Shown here one piece after another: positions 1-12,600 of a stretch of DNA of 64,000 nucleotides. The notes beneath the pieces are model-generated. The model worked only from the letters and a program-made list of their open reading frames with translations, did no database searches and had not been told where the DNA came from. A program made the position numbers and the translations under genes. Origin of the DNA: Fimbriosthenelais zetlandica (taxonomy: Eukaryota); contig OZ365110.1 of assembly GCA_977030845.1 (NCBI GenBank), positions 53,010,001 to 53,074,000 of the forward strand, written 5' to 3'. The first letter of the stretch is position 1, and each line of letters starts with the position of its first letter.

Positions 1-1519
1 AACTATCATACTAGCTAATTGATTCATTAGTGTTTACTAGATCAAAATTCTGTCATGCAATCAAGCACAAATATAGTAATTACAGAAGTAGTCTGGCATA
101 ATAAGGTAAGTGCCTAAAATATTATCTTTCAAATGAGAAACAATTGGTTTAATCCTGTAGCTAGTATCCAGGATAATCCGATTGCTTCCCAAAATACTAT
201 AAGGGCATACAACATCCATGTACGGTAACAGTACGAATACAATAACATCCTAGATTCAGAGAATTCAATTTTGAACCAGTAGGAGTATTGATTAAGGTTC
301 GATTCGAAATAAAAAGCAAGATTGATGAATGGATTTGGGGACTGTTAGTAGGCCTAGATAAGATAAGTAAAATACTAGTATGTCTATGCATGAGAAATGG
401 ATCGCAATATCTTGCCCTATAGAATGACCTAGTGACCTGTTTTCCAGCTAAAACTAGTCACTATTGTACCATCCCACCCACACGCCCTACACCACTATCA
501 CCAGACCCCAACCCCTCTCACCCCCCACTGGAAATGATGAACGAGGTGTCAAAATCAACTCTTGCCTTCTCTCCCTGCCCCCTGCTTATATGTTCTTGTC
601 TCTAACAGTTGCATAACAATAAACGGGGACTTTGGTGGAGATTGTAAGAGAATGTGGTATAAAATGCGCAGTAAATGTTAGGGACGGGAGTGGCAAGGAC
701 CAAGCTATCACACACAGCTGGTTCAACCACTGGCAAGACAAGCCAGGGTCGGAGCGGGGAGGGGGTCACCACCTCATTGAGAAGTGACCTAGTGACATGG
801 GTAGTCCCTACTAAAGACTAATATTCCTCTAAAGTAAAGGGACATTCTTGGAAAAAGTTTGTAAGGTTAATATATAACAACACATTGTTTTAATCCACAG
901 AAATGCATGATTTACATGTGCAGGCCTATTTCATAACCTAGCTTACTATTTCCAGCATAATCCTACCCGGTAGGCTACGGTACCGTATCATTAGGGCCTA
1001 ATTTAGGCCTATGATTTCCATTTATGTTATTGTACAGGCTTATGAATTATGTGCCTAATTATAGGCCTAGGTCTATGACCATATGAGATGAAAACAATGG
1101 TTCATGAAAACTTGGCCTACATTTACATTGGTTGGTTTAGATTCAACTAATTTATACATAGATCGAGCCTAGGCCTACCCCGTCGGCCTACACTGGATCC
1201 TAATAATCATAAATTTACAGATTTATCATCTACAGATCGAGGCTCAATTATCTACAAAATTCATAAATTTCAAAATAATAACTTCCGCCATGCCCTAGAG
1301 TAGGCTAGACCGGATTTCGCCAATTTTAAAATTCTAAATGGGGTAAAAACACTGAAACTTTGTGTCTAGATCCAAAATATCAAAACAAAAAAAAAACAAT
1401 TTTGAGGAGTGGCCCCCTGCACCTCTCCCCAACCACAGCCACTGTCGCAGCCAGCATCGCACGTGGCTAGGTCCCTCCCCTGATATAGGTCAATAGCACT
1501 AGAACTGTCAAATTAAACC

Positions 1520-1950
1520 TTCAAAACACATCATAGCAACCCACAAAATTTGCTCAAAACACCGTCACACAATCTAACAATGTCTTATATACGTCTCCTG
1601 GAAAGGAAAGGTAAATCTTGTGTTTTCAGAGAGCAGACGACGTAGTCCAAACAAAAGCCAAATCACATGGCAGTCTTTGTGTGTGTCTGTGTGTGTACGT
1701 TTGCATAAACATGGGAATAGCGATGACCTCATGCTTTTACCGCCATTTCAAACCCGACGTATTTTACCTTCCCATCCTCTCTAAACCCATCTTCATGAAT
1801 TTAAATTGATATGGACGGAAAGAAACATACCTTATGTTGAAGACCAGGTCCATTTTAGAGGTGAAAAAGTCTAGTAAATCCGTTATCGATGGCTTTGAGT
1901 GCGGAGCGATGGAGAGCGCGTCCTTCTCGCTTCCGCCATTGTGATCATCT
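1520..1950 (-). other. Putative 5' leader exons of an unidentified minus-strand gene that continues off the left edge
   Basis: Minus-strand donor AAG|GTATGT at 1831/1830 and acceptor cctttcctttccag|G at 1598/1597. The spliced product gives only a short uORF (MDLVFNIRRRI*). A CpG-rich promoter-like region lies directly upstream. No coding exon is recognisable in the window. Confidence 0.4.
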
Positions 1951-2060
1951 TGTACTCAGCCAGCGCCTGACGTCAGTAATGAATGCGGCGCGCGCCCATG
2001 CTGACACCTCGCGGCCAACACACGAAACATTGGCGCTTTTACCAGTTTCCCGCCTTACAG
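1925..2060. promoter_or_regulatory. CpG-rich promoter, probably bidirectional
   Basis: YY1-like CCGCCATT (~1933), perfect CRE TGACGTCA at 1968-1975, GCGCGCGC, and E2F-like TTTCCCGC (~2046) in otherwise AT-rich DNA. Donor-like sites point away on both strands (1830 on -, AAT|GTAAGG ~2133 on +). Confidence 0.5.
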
Positions 2061-5000
2061 TTAAAACCATGCAGAGAAACAGTGCGCTCTCGACAAAAAT
2101 GGAGGGAAATTATCAGACCCTTGCCGGATAATGTAAGGCTTCTTCTAGATCACATTTTGAGCAACGAGCAATGGCTTAGACCTAGCCTAGCCTTGAGCAC
2201 AGATTTGAAGGGAGGGGGTTGGGAATCCGATCTTTGGAACGACTCTGTAGGCTAATCTGTAGGGGCCTAGGCTATTTTTTGATAGACCCTAGGACTATAT
2301 AGAATAGACCTATTAGAGAATTCAGTAGGCCTATTAGGCTACTGGTAGGCCTATTAGAGAATTCCACTGATGGAGGCGTAGGCTAGGCCTAGGGACTGGC
2401 TAGGGCCTAACTAGCCTATCACAGGCCTACAGATCTTCAATGCCCACCAAGCTAGGCCTAAACAAGCCTAGTAGGCCTACAGCTACACGGGGAAGTGAAC
2501 ATGAACGCGTGTTTAGAACACTAGGCCCCGGCTCTAGGCCTAAATGTCGGCCTAGTCCTACTATCGACTATCTCTATTTTATCTGGGTCTACCTCGACAG
2601 GAGTTTGGGCCTAGCTATTGACACATTAGGCCTATTTTATCATGGTGGTCTCAACTTTAGATCTATAGGCCTAGGCCTTGCCATGCTGGCTAGGCTAATA
2701 TGCATGTAAATGTTTTTTAAGAAAAGACTGACAGATGACGGTCATTTCAAGGACAATTGTTAATTTGGCGCTCCAATAAAAATCCGCGAATTTAATTTTC
2801 CCCACAATCACCACATCAAACAAATTAGACATAATTTTTTCAAAGATAACAAAAAATACATAGGCCTAATTTTTCACATAGGCAACTCCCCTTGCTGTCC
2901 ATCCCTCTATGGACGAGTTTTCAAGCGGCTTATTGTTTATTTTAGTAATACACAAAACAGCACGAATGGGAGGAGGTGTTCAAACAAAAAGAGACACACA
3001 AAGCGCCTTTTAGATGCATGCAGGCAGCAGCATGATGAGGGCCGCACTATGACGAGACAGTCCGCGCCAGATGCCAGAATGACGTCATTCTTGTGCTATT
3101 TATAGCTTATCTGTGGCCAGACACACAAGAACCACGACATCGAAAGACATCTGGCGGAAAATCCACCAACTAAACTCGGAATCGTGCACGGTTTTCCTCC
3201 ACGCACTAAAAGTAAATCATACACATGTATTGGGCTACAAATGTGAATAAAAATAAATTAAAAATCATAAAAATTAAAATACAACAAATGTTCTTTCCAA
3301 GATCACTTTATGTCATATTCATAAGCATTAGCAACAATGACAAACTTGTTGCCGAGAAAAAGACATTCCAGGAAATCAAGAAATTAGGCCTATAGGCCTA
3401 ATTCTAGAAGTTACCGGTACAAGTTTAACAATAAGGTATTATGTGTTTCTCCCAGATCGTATCAATTAAGGACGAGACTAGATGGCTACATGGCACCAAT
3501 TATTTAATAAATCATGTATACATAGCCTAAGAATAAATCAGTATACTATATAAAAAATCATACAATTATTTAGACCTAACAGAAATACAGGTTAGCAGAA
3601 AGCATATTTATATGTAAAATGGGTAAATATATATGATTTATCTTTGTTTTTCATCTTTAAATTTCGGTATACCGGTACAAGGAAAAGTAAGCATATACAT
3701 GTACCGTAAGCACTCAGTTATCACATCTGTACATATTAATGTAATTTGGTAATTAGCTTAATATAATTACCGTGAAAAAACCTTTACAAACCGTTTACAT
3801 ATGAATTTACTAGATCAAGATAAGGATAAGACAAATGTGAATTCATTTAGGTTTTCGAACGCACACTACCGGTACCGGTAATTATTGACCAGAGGAAATG
3901 ACCAGTGATGTGAAGCCCTCGCTTGACTCATTTATTCTAATTCTGATGCAAAAAAAAACTAGATTAGACCTAATGATAGATCCTGTTTTACAATGCTAAC
4001 ACTACAAATATTATCACCTTATAATTTCATTGCTGCACATAGAGTCGACAAACGAAAAAAAACCATCTCGATAAGTGACATTTCAGAGAAAAATTGATAA
4101 GAAATATCATGGTAGGAGGTAGCGACCGGGAATCATTCGGCATTTTTTTTTGGTGCAAACTGTTATAACTTGCCGATGTAGGCAGTACTGGTACTGGCTA
4201 TAAAAACTTTTTGTCTAAATTTATATAGACCTATAAGATGAAATATGCATAATTACATATATTAAAAGAGATAGAACCCGTAATACCAGTAACTTTAACT
4301 AGGTAATACATGTACTTTAAAGGCACCAGGTGCTAGGTCAGAAAACCCCTTTTGAAAAAAAGAACTTCTCACTTCTGAGCAACGTGATATATTGTAACGT
4401 TATTGTCGGAGCTCCTTGTGAAAATTCTTTGATTTGTGAGCACTTCGACATTTTAATTAAAAGATTTAGACCAATACTAATATTATAGTACTATTACATG
4501 TATTATCATAATCTTTGAAATCTGAAACCAAACTAGTGCAAACACGTATATCTGCCAATTAGTTACATTTACATACCACCATGATCATAAAGTAACATTC
4601 CTTAGGCAGACATTGTTTTTGATTAACATCTTAACAACTTGATATATTTGACAAGACTGATCAGGACATGAATAAACTAAGAGAACACCATCGTGATAAC
4701 CAGCAGTTTTTGCCTAACGTTACGTACACCTGTGTTGTATCAGAATGTTCACCAAAGGACAAGATTCCGGCATTGTCCAAGGCCAAATGATCTATTCTAT
4801 AACATCCTAGGCGGCCATTAAAAAATTACGGAATACGGTGTTTGGAGGTGCGGTAATGTTGGCCTAGTTAGCATTACGTTGCACTCCAAATGGTAAAACA
4901 TGGCATTTAGTTTTACAGGGGGTTCAGGGTGTCAATTTTTGACGGAAAAAATCGTTACGTAATCTTTTAATGACGCAAACTAAATTCGTTAGAAAATGTT

Positions 5001-5638
5001 AGTGTTTGGGGACATTGACATGGACGTGGTGCCATGAGTTGTGGATGAGGCCTCGGAGGTTCCATATGCCTTCTGCTGACTCAGGCTGGGAGTTATGCGA
5101 GGTGTCCACTGCCTTACACACTAAATCTAACTTCTTGCCCTTCATGTTGTTGGGTATTTTCATGTGTGTCTCCCACAGCGCCCAGCCCCATTCTCGATGC
5201 ATCGGTTGTTTAGTTTTATCCAGATCCGCCACCTCCCACGTTTTCCCACCATCAAGGGAGACATCGACTCGGATGATGCCACGGCCACCGCCACTCCATG
5301 CGTACCCCTTGATGTGCACCTCCTCTGCTTCTTCCAGGGTGGCACCTTCACTGGGCTCGCAAATGGCAGACTGTATGGGGTATTCCTGGATAGCCACTGA
5401 TTTGGTGAAATCCACATTATGCCAGTCGATGGATGGATTAAATTGCTTGTAATCATTCTGCTGCCAGTGACCCTGGCATTCCTTCTTGCTGGTTGTGATC
5501 TTTGACAACCATTTCACTTGACGGGCACCAGCGATTCCTGGAGCGATAATCCGGGCCGGGTAACCATGGTCAAGCGGGAGCGGCTTACCATTCATCTCAA
5601 AAACGATCATCACATCCTTACGAGGGTCAAAAGCAGTA

Positions 5639-8268
5639 CACTGTTAAAAATCCTGGTAATAGCTCACCTCTGGGTAAAGATAATATAACGCGGGGTATAA
5701 AGTTCAGATTTATTAATATTGGGTAGTGTTTTCAGCGGAAAATTGTCATGGTTTCAGGGGTCTTTTACTTCCAACAGCGATTGTTTATCTCTGGGCAAAG
5801 AAACTTATACCCCATTTTACTAACTTCACATTACTATTGACAGCCACCATGTACTAATGCCATAATTACCCTTAATCCTCTCAGTGGCCACTGATGCATG
5901 AAGCCAGCGGCCTAATGCCTAATCCTCCACCTCCCCACCTTAGCTTTTATGGTTATGCATGAGGCTTTGGTGAAATGAATTTCATTTACCACTTTTAAAA
6001 TAATGGTTTCCATTGCATGACATAAAGATGACTTGGAGATGTATTAATTAATTAATTATAATCTATGTTAGAAGCCGAATCTTAAACCCAAGCGTCTCCA
6101 TATCAGGTAAGATGTTTTTGGGAAAGCACAAATTTCCCTCATAAAGCCAGTCAAGCAACGAACATCTTTTTTTTTTAGTTATAATTTTTATAGAACCTGT
6201 TATGGGTGAATACCAGCTCACACTCTTGATTACATGTACTCAAGTTTCTCGTATGATTTTCAGCTGGGGCTCTTTCTATGTTCATTACTACATTGCCTTC
6301 TGTGCAATGGATATTTCTAGAACATGTATAGGCCTATGTACAACCCTGAGGAGGGAGGCATTGGAAATGTCTTGGACAGCTCGGGAGATTGAACCGCCGA
6401 GCCTTCGATCATTGGTCAACCACCCTGTGTGAGCTGGCGCTCCATAACATTTCCATAGTTAAAATGCATACCGGTACCCCACAACCCTCTGGCATTCACT
6501 ATCATCCACATCATTGACTAATACATATTTACAATAATATGTATATGTGCTCATAATAGCACCCAATCAGAGATTAACCACCATGGTTCGATTTAAATCA
6601 AATCTGCCGATTTCAATATTGTCATTATTTTTAATCACTCAGTGATAGTCCGGTGAGTTAATAATATGCCTAAGCATTAGGCATCTTACAATCTAAATGG
6701 CTCCCAGTTACTACCCATGGCCATGATTGGGCTAGGCCCAGCGTGGGGGTTTGTGGAAGTTGGGTAGCTAAGAAAATCGGAAATATTTGTAAGAGATCCA
6801 GTGGGGGTCAACATAAAGGACTAAATGGTTAAATATTTTATTATCAATCCCTAGTTTGTAATGACTAAATTATTAATCGATATACCGCAAAATAGTTTAA
6901 ATAATATACAACCCGACCACCCCTGCAAGCTAGCTAGTACAACCCTTGAATGGACTCACCCAGCCGTTAAAGTGTTACATCATCTTCACCGAGCCGTCTC
7001 TACTAAGGACTTGTCCTGGTTATTTGGAGAGATACATTCGAAGTGACCACAAGTACCGAGTAGGCCTACACACATAGGTAAAAATTTCCTATTCCATTTA
7101 CAATGTTCTATCTTTATAATTGTAGACATATCAGATGGGATGATATTTTCACTCATTTCAACAAATGTAGTTGACATATTATACTCTATATTTTTTTCAG
7201 ATTGATGTGACCAATTAATGCCCGAGAGGTAATTCAAACTGGTTCTGATATTCTGGTGGGTAAAAGAATTTCTTTATTTGTTGAATTTATAACATACGAT
7301 TTTAGTACGGCAACTGGGAAGGTAGTTATCATTGCAATAAAGTGTTATGCTCTGCAATTTGTTTCAGATTCAAGAGAAAGGAAGGCTATAGCCGCTAAAT
7401 CCTAAAATACAGGGAAATGGGACGCATTTGGACAAAAGGGTTAGTACATGTACCTACATGTATCCCACTAACACCCTCGGACTTATCTGCTTGGTGATAC
7501 CAACGAGAGTAAGATAAACCTTATTTTACTCTCGTTGGTGTGACGATTCCCAGGGTGATTTTTCCTGAGGAAGAAGGGAGATTTTGTAAATGTTTTATTC
7601 CTACTGAATAATATTAAACACAAACCTTTGCTCTTCGATTTACAGGTTTAAACTTCACATGGGTTAAGAGACTGGACCTGAACAATAGGCTGGATTACAA
7701 GAACAATAGGCTTGAATCCAGTGTCCCGTCAGACAGGAAGGCGGCCCAACAACAATATAGGCCTTTGTTTCCTGTGACTTTCATCCTCCTGCTTCTCCAT
7801 GTATACTATAATATTATCTTGCAGGAATAGAACAACTCTCCAAACTCCTCAGGAATACAAGGAAGATGTCTCATTAAATACTGATGAGAAAATGATGAAT
7901 TAAGACGAATGAAATTGATGTTGCCCAAAATAAAGATTAATCCTCTACAATAAAGCAGGGAGTGGGGTTGGAGGGGAGGGGGTGTACATTGGTTATATAA
8001 CTATAATCCTTTAATTACCCTATACCCTAAGCTTTCCACCTGCCCCCATTCCGTCACGCCTGGCTGCAGGCACCCGTCATGCTTGGTTGGCCCTGTTAAT
8101 ATTAATCCTTTAATTGGCCTCTCTGCCTCTATAATCGCCACACCTAGCTTTCTTCATGGGGCATAAAAATGGCAGATATAGTTGGGTAGTGAATCCTCAC
8201 CCCTGTCATCGGGCATTGGATTTGGGTAAAGATATCGTTACACCTAGGCGTAATGCTTCATAGCAGTG
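5639..8268. mobile_element. Non-autonomous CACTA/EnSpm-like DNA transposon (2630 bp)
   Basis: Begins CACTGTTAAAAA and ends TTCATAGCAGTG (imperfect TIR, CACTG/CAGTG perfect). Flanked by TA on both sides (5637-38, 8269-70) where the intact SUOX copy has one TA. Subterminal TGGGTAAAGATA-like motifs recur near both ends (~5671, ~8223). No transposase ORF. Confidence 0.8.
6167..6444 (-). mobile_element. tRNA-derived SINE family A, 5'-truncated copy nested in the CACTA-like element
   Basis: Highly similar to 41496-41797, including B-box GGTTCAATC, body and A-rich tail; head truncated. Confidence 0.8.
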
Positions 8269-9647
8269 TAGCGGCCGGGATGGATGCCTCGTAGTGGACA
8301 CCCTCAATGTCTTTATCAAGGCCAGTGAATGTCACATGTTCAACGTCTTCCTCCCTGATTCCAGCATAGGTGAGCACATCACTCAGTTTGACCCCAGTCC
8401 ACTCAGCGTTACTGATGGCATTTGACCCCCAGGAGAGACCCCGTACACCTTTATAGGTGGCCATGTGGGACCTCCTGTTACCAGCACACTGCACCGCCGC
8501 CACCATCTTATGAACAGGGAAGAGCCTCTTGAGCCTGTCCACATTGAAGACCACAGGATTCCTCCAACCCTCTCCTGAAATGGCTATTGAATGGTTCTTG
8601 GCATCAATCTTAGGAACCGGTAGATGATTTCTAACGAAGAAAAGATCATTAGGTGTAAGGTAGGCGTCTGTGAGAAGCTCAGCTGGTGGCTCGGCATTGA
8701 ATGGCTTCTCAGAGTTGACGGTCAATGCAGGATGCCTTTGTGGATCATTAGCAAAAGGATCATTAGCATCAGTAACTTTAACTTTGACTTTGTCATCAGG
8801 ATGGAGGTTACCAATCCTCAGTTCCTCCATTATCTCCAGAACATGGACACTAAAATGCTGGGCGTAGGTGCTGAAGTAAGGCTCCAGAGGCTTGCCAGCC
8901 GCCAGGAGGATTTTCTTTCCTCCTGGATGACCCTCAATGAAGTCCGTGACATTGTAAACCCCGTCTTTGAACGTCACCCAAACGCCGTTTTTCGCGTCGT
9001 TATGTTTTTCTATCTCACTCATCCGGTATGTGGGTAGGTCATCCTTGAAGTTTCCAAAATTATCAGAAGCATGGGCCGCCTCCTTACAGCACTTCGACAT
9101 TTTAATTAAAAGATTTAGACCAATACTAATATTATAGTACTATTACATGTATTATCATAATCTTTGAAATCTGAAACCAAACTAGTGCAAACACGTATAT
9201 CTGCCAATTAGTTACATTTACATACCACCATGATCATAAAGTAACATTCCTTAGGCAGACATTGTTTTTGATTAACATCTTAACAACTTGATATATTTGA
9301 CAAGACTGATCAGGACATGAATAAACTAAGAGAACACCATCGTGATAACCAGCAGTTTTTGCCTAACGTTACGTACACCTGTGTTGTATCAGAATGTTCA
9401 CCAAAGGACAAGATTCCGGCATTGTCCAAGGCCAAATGATCTATTCTATAACATCCTAGGCGGCCATTAAAAAATTACGGAATACGGTGTTTGGAGGTGC
9501 GGTAATGTTGGCCTAGTTAGCATTACGTTGCACTCCAAATGGTAAAACATGGCATTTAGTTTTACAGGGGGTTCAGGGTGTCAATTTTTGACGGAAAAAA
9601 TCGTTACGTAATCTTTTAATGACGCAAACTAAATTCGTTAGAAAATG

Positions 9648-12600
9648 TTAGTGTTTGGGGACATTGACATGGACGTGGTGCCATGAGTTGTGGATGAGGC
9701 CTCGGAGGTTCCATATGCCTTCTGCTGACTCAGGCTGGGAGTTATGCGAGGTGTCCACTGCCTTACACACTAAATCTAACTTCTTGCCCTTCATGTTGTT
9801 GGGTATTTTCATGTGTGTCTCCCACAGCGCCCAGCCCCATTCTCGATGCATCGGTTGTTTAGTTTTATCCAGATCCGCCACCTCCCACGTTTTCCCACCA
9901 TCAAGGGAGACATCGACTCGGATGATGCCACGGCCACCGCCACTCCATGCGTACCCCTTGATGTGCACCTCCTCTGCTTCTTCCAGGGTGGCACCTTCAC
10001 TGGGCTCGCAAATGGCAGACTGTATGGGGTATTCCTGGATAGCCACTGATTTGGTGAAATCCACATTATGCCAGTCGATGGATGGATTAAATTGCTTGTA
10101 ATCATTCTGCTGCCAGTGACCCTGGCATTCCTTCTTGCTGGTTGTGATCTTTGACAACCATTTCACTTGACGGGCACCAGCGATTCCTGGAGCGATAATC
10201 CGGGCCGGGTAACCATGGTCAAGCGGGAGCGGCTTACCATTCATCTCAAAAACGATCATCACATCCTTACGAGGGTCAAAAGCAGTAGCGGCCGGGATGG
10301 ATGCCTCGTAGTGGACACCCTCAATGTCTTTATCAAGGCCGGTGAATGTCACATGTTCAACGTCTTCCTCCCTGATTCCAGCATAGGTGAGAACATCACT
10401 GAGTTTGACCCCAGTCCACTCAGCATTGCTGATGGCATTTGACCCCCAGGAGAGACCCCGTACACCTTTATAGGTGGCCATGTGGGACCTCCTGTTACCA
10501 GCACACTGCACCGCCGCCACCATCTTATGAACAGGGAAGAGCCTCTTGAGCCTGTCCACATTGAAGACCACAGGATTCCTCCAACCCTCTCCTGAAATGG
10601 CTATTGAATGGTTCTTGGCATCAATCTTAGGAACCGGTAGATGATTTCTAACGAAGAAAAGGTCGTTAGGTGTAAGGTAGGCATCTGTGAGGAGCTCAGC
10701 TGGTGGCTCAGCGTTGAATGGCTTCTCAGAATTGACGGTCAATGCAGGATGCCTTTGTGGATCATTAGCAAAAGGATCATTAGCATCAGTAACTTTAACT
10801 TTGACTTTGTCATCAGGATGGAGGTTACCAATCCTCAGTTCCTCCATTATCTCCAGGACATGGACACTAAAATGCTGGGCGTAGGTGCTGAAGTAAGGCT
10901 CCAGAGGCTTGCCAGCCGCCAGGAGGATTTTCTTTCCTCCTGGATGACCCTCAATGAAGTCTGTGACGTTGTAAACCCCATCTTTGAACGTCACCCAGAC
11001 GCCGTTTTTCGCGTCGTTATGTTTTTCTATCTCACTCATCCGGTAGGTGGGTAGGTCATCCTTGAAGTTTCCAAAATTATCAGAAGCATGGGCCGCCTCC
11101 TTACAGTGGGACTCATGTCTTCGCCAGTATATTGAAGCACCTAGAAAATAACCACAGAAAAAAACAATTACAATTGTGGTCAGTTGATTGACAGTTTTTG
11201 TATTGCTAACTGTATTGAGAGGATCTAGCCTACGTCTAATGGTTTATTCAATAAAATGATTTACAATTTGCAGAGTGCGTTCAGGTCAATTTCCATCAAA
11301 ATAAAAGGCGGGCAGTGAGTTGTTTTCCTCCTAACCTCCTAACCCAAAAATATGATAGGTCTATTTATAGATCTGTAGGCCCTATGAGTATACCGGTATG
11401 TGAGTGCCACAATAATACATTCATAAGCATCATGGGAATAACGCTCCAAATGAAACAAAATATTCTGCTCGTAAACAGGTAAAAAACATGAGAACATTTC
11501 TCTCAAAGTACTGACAGTGATACTCTGAGGAAACTTGCTGATAACAACAATACTTATAAACTAAAATTATCTCCATTAGCGTACAAAAAACAAATAGAAT
11601 CGATCTCAATCGGTGAATAAATGTATCTTGTCAATGACTTATAAGTAGCCTATAGTGAGTACAAATCAATGTGGAAATATCAAGAAATGTCCCAACCAAC
11701 GTATAAAGCAGCTCCTTATCTCTATATAATCATACAACGAGTCCCAAATCTAGGACGACAAAAGGGACATTTCTATATTTCCAAGGAGCGCAACGGTAGG
11801 CCTACGTATATATCAGCACGATAATCATCCTTAGCTGACGCAATGGATAGCTACCAGGACCAGGGTAGATTATTTTATTTTCAAGTAAAGCCACTTGAAT
11901 TCAGGTCATGAATGATATATGTATAGTAATAACATTATATGAAACATTAGATTATGTACCGGTACCATGTAAGCCTAAATAAGGTTTGTGGGTAAAAGCT
12001 AACAGGTTAGAAATGTGAACATATCAGGATGAAAGGAACTACCCAGGCCCTGGTAACATTAGCACTTTAGCCAAGATTATATCCCTCGTCACGTTCCACC
12101 TGTTTCAACAGTCAAGGGCTATTGCTACACCTCAAGGACAAATTGACTAAGGCCTATGATCCTATGTCAGGTCTACATAGTTCTATGGTGAGATGATAAG
12201 GAGAAAGAAAAGTAATTGATAATACAGAGATAAAAGTGAGATACCGTATTGAGATAGGCTACATGCTAGTAAGGAGATCAAAGTACCCGGTACTCTACAC
12301 AAGTGACAGCTTCTTATCACCTTTTGTCTTAATGATAAATCCACAAGTTCTCATACAAGATCATACAAACGACAGTGACAGAGGTAGGCCTACCGTAGGC
12401 CTACTGTACACCAAGTCGATCACGATGCAATTAACATGCAATTAATTTACCTATTTACCTACGGTATAAAGTAATGAGCTATGATAGCACTGCGATAGAA
12501 TGATAGATACGGTCTAGGCCTATTAGGCGATAGGCCTAATTTGTTTTTGCACAGGCAAGTAGAGGTGGATATCGTCCTAAAAATATATCTTGATGTGGGA

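Larger units (their letters stand above)
4441..9089 (-). pseudogene. SUOX: Partial tandem duplicate of SUOX exon 2 plus 3' flank, interrupted by a transposon
   Basis: 4441-5638 matches 9090-10287 (offset 4649) and 8271-9089 matches 10288-11106 (offset 2017). The 2632-bp difference equals a 2630-bp insertion plus a 2-bp TSD. The copy lacks exon 1 and the exon-2 acceptor. ORF fragments 8258..9100 and 4999..5613 are its two halves. Confidence 0.9.

Noticed and set aside
1618-1790. C/D snoRNA or scaRNA in the small intron with a GT repeat
   Set aside because: No convincing RTGATGA/CTGA box pair with a terminal stem on the host strand.
4317-4440. TTAA-AGG start resembling a Kolobok terminus
   Set aside because: No matching opposite terminus found.
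9648-11039. Intronless, possibly horizontally acquired sulfite oxidase
   Set aside because: The ORF is the second exon of a spliced gene with an in-frame mitochondrial-type leader exon at 14254-14029.
5006-11054. Alternative-frame ORFs over SUOX (5006-5452, 5160-5456, 8624-9037, 9655-10101, 10641-11054 etc.)
   Set aside because: Shadow ORFs of a GC-richer coding sequence with no recognisable domains.
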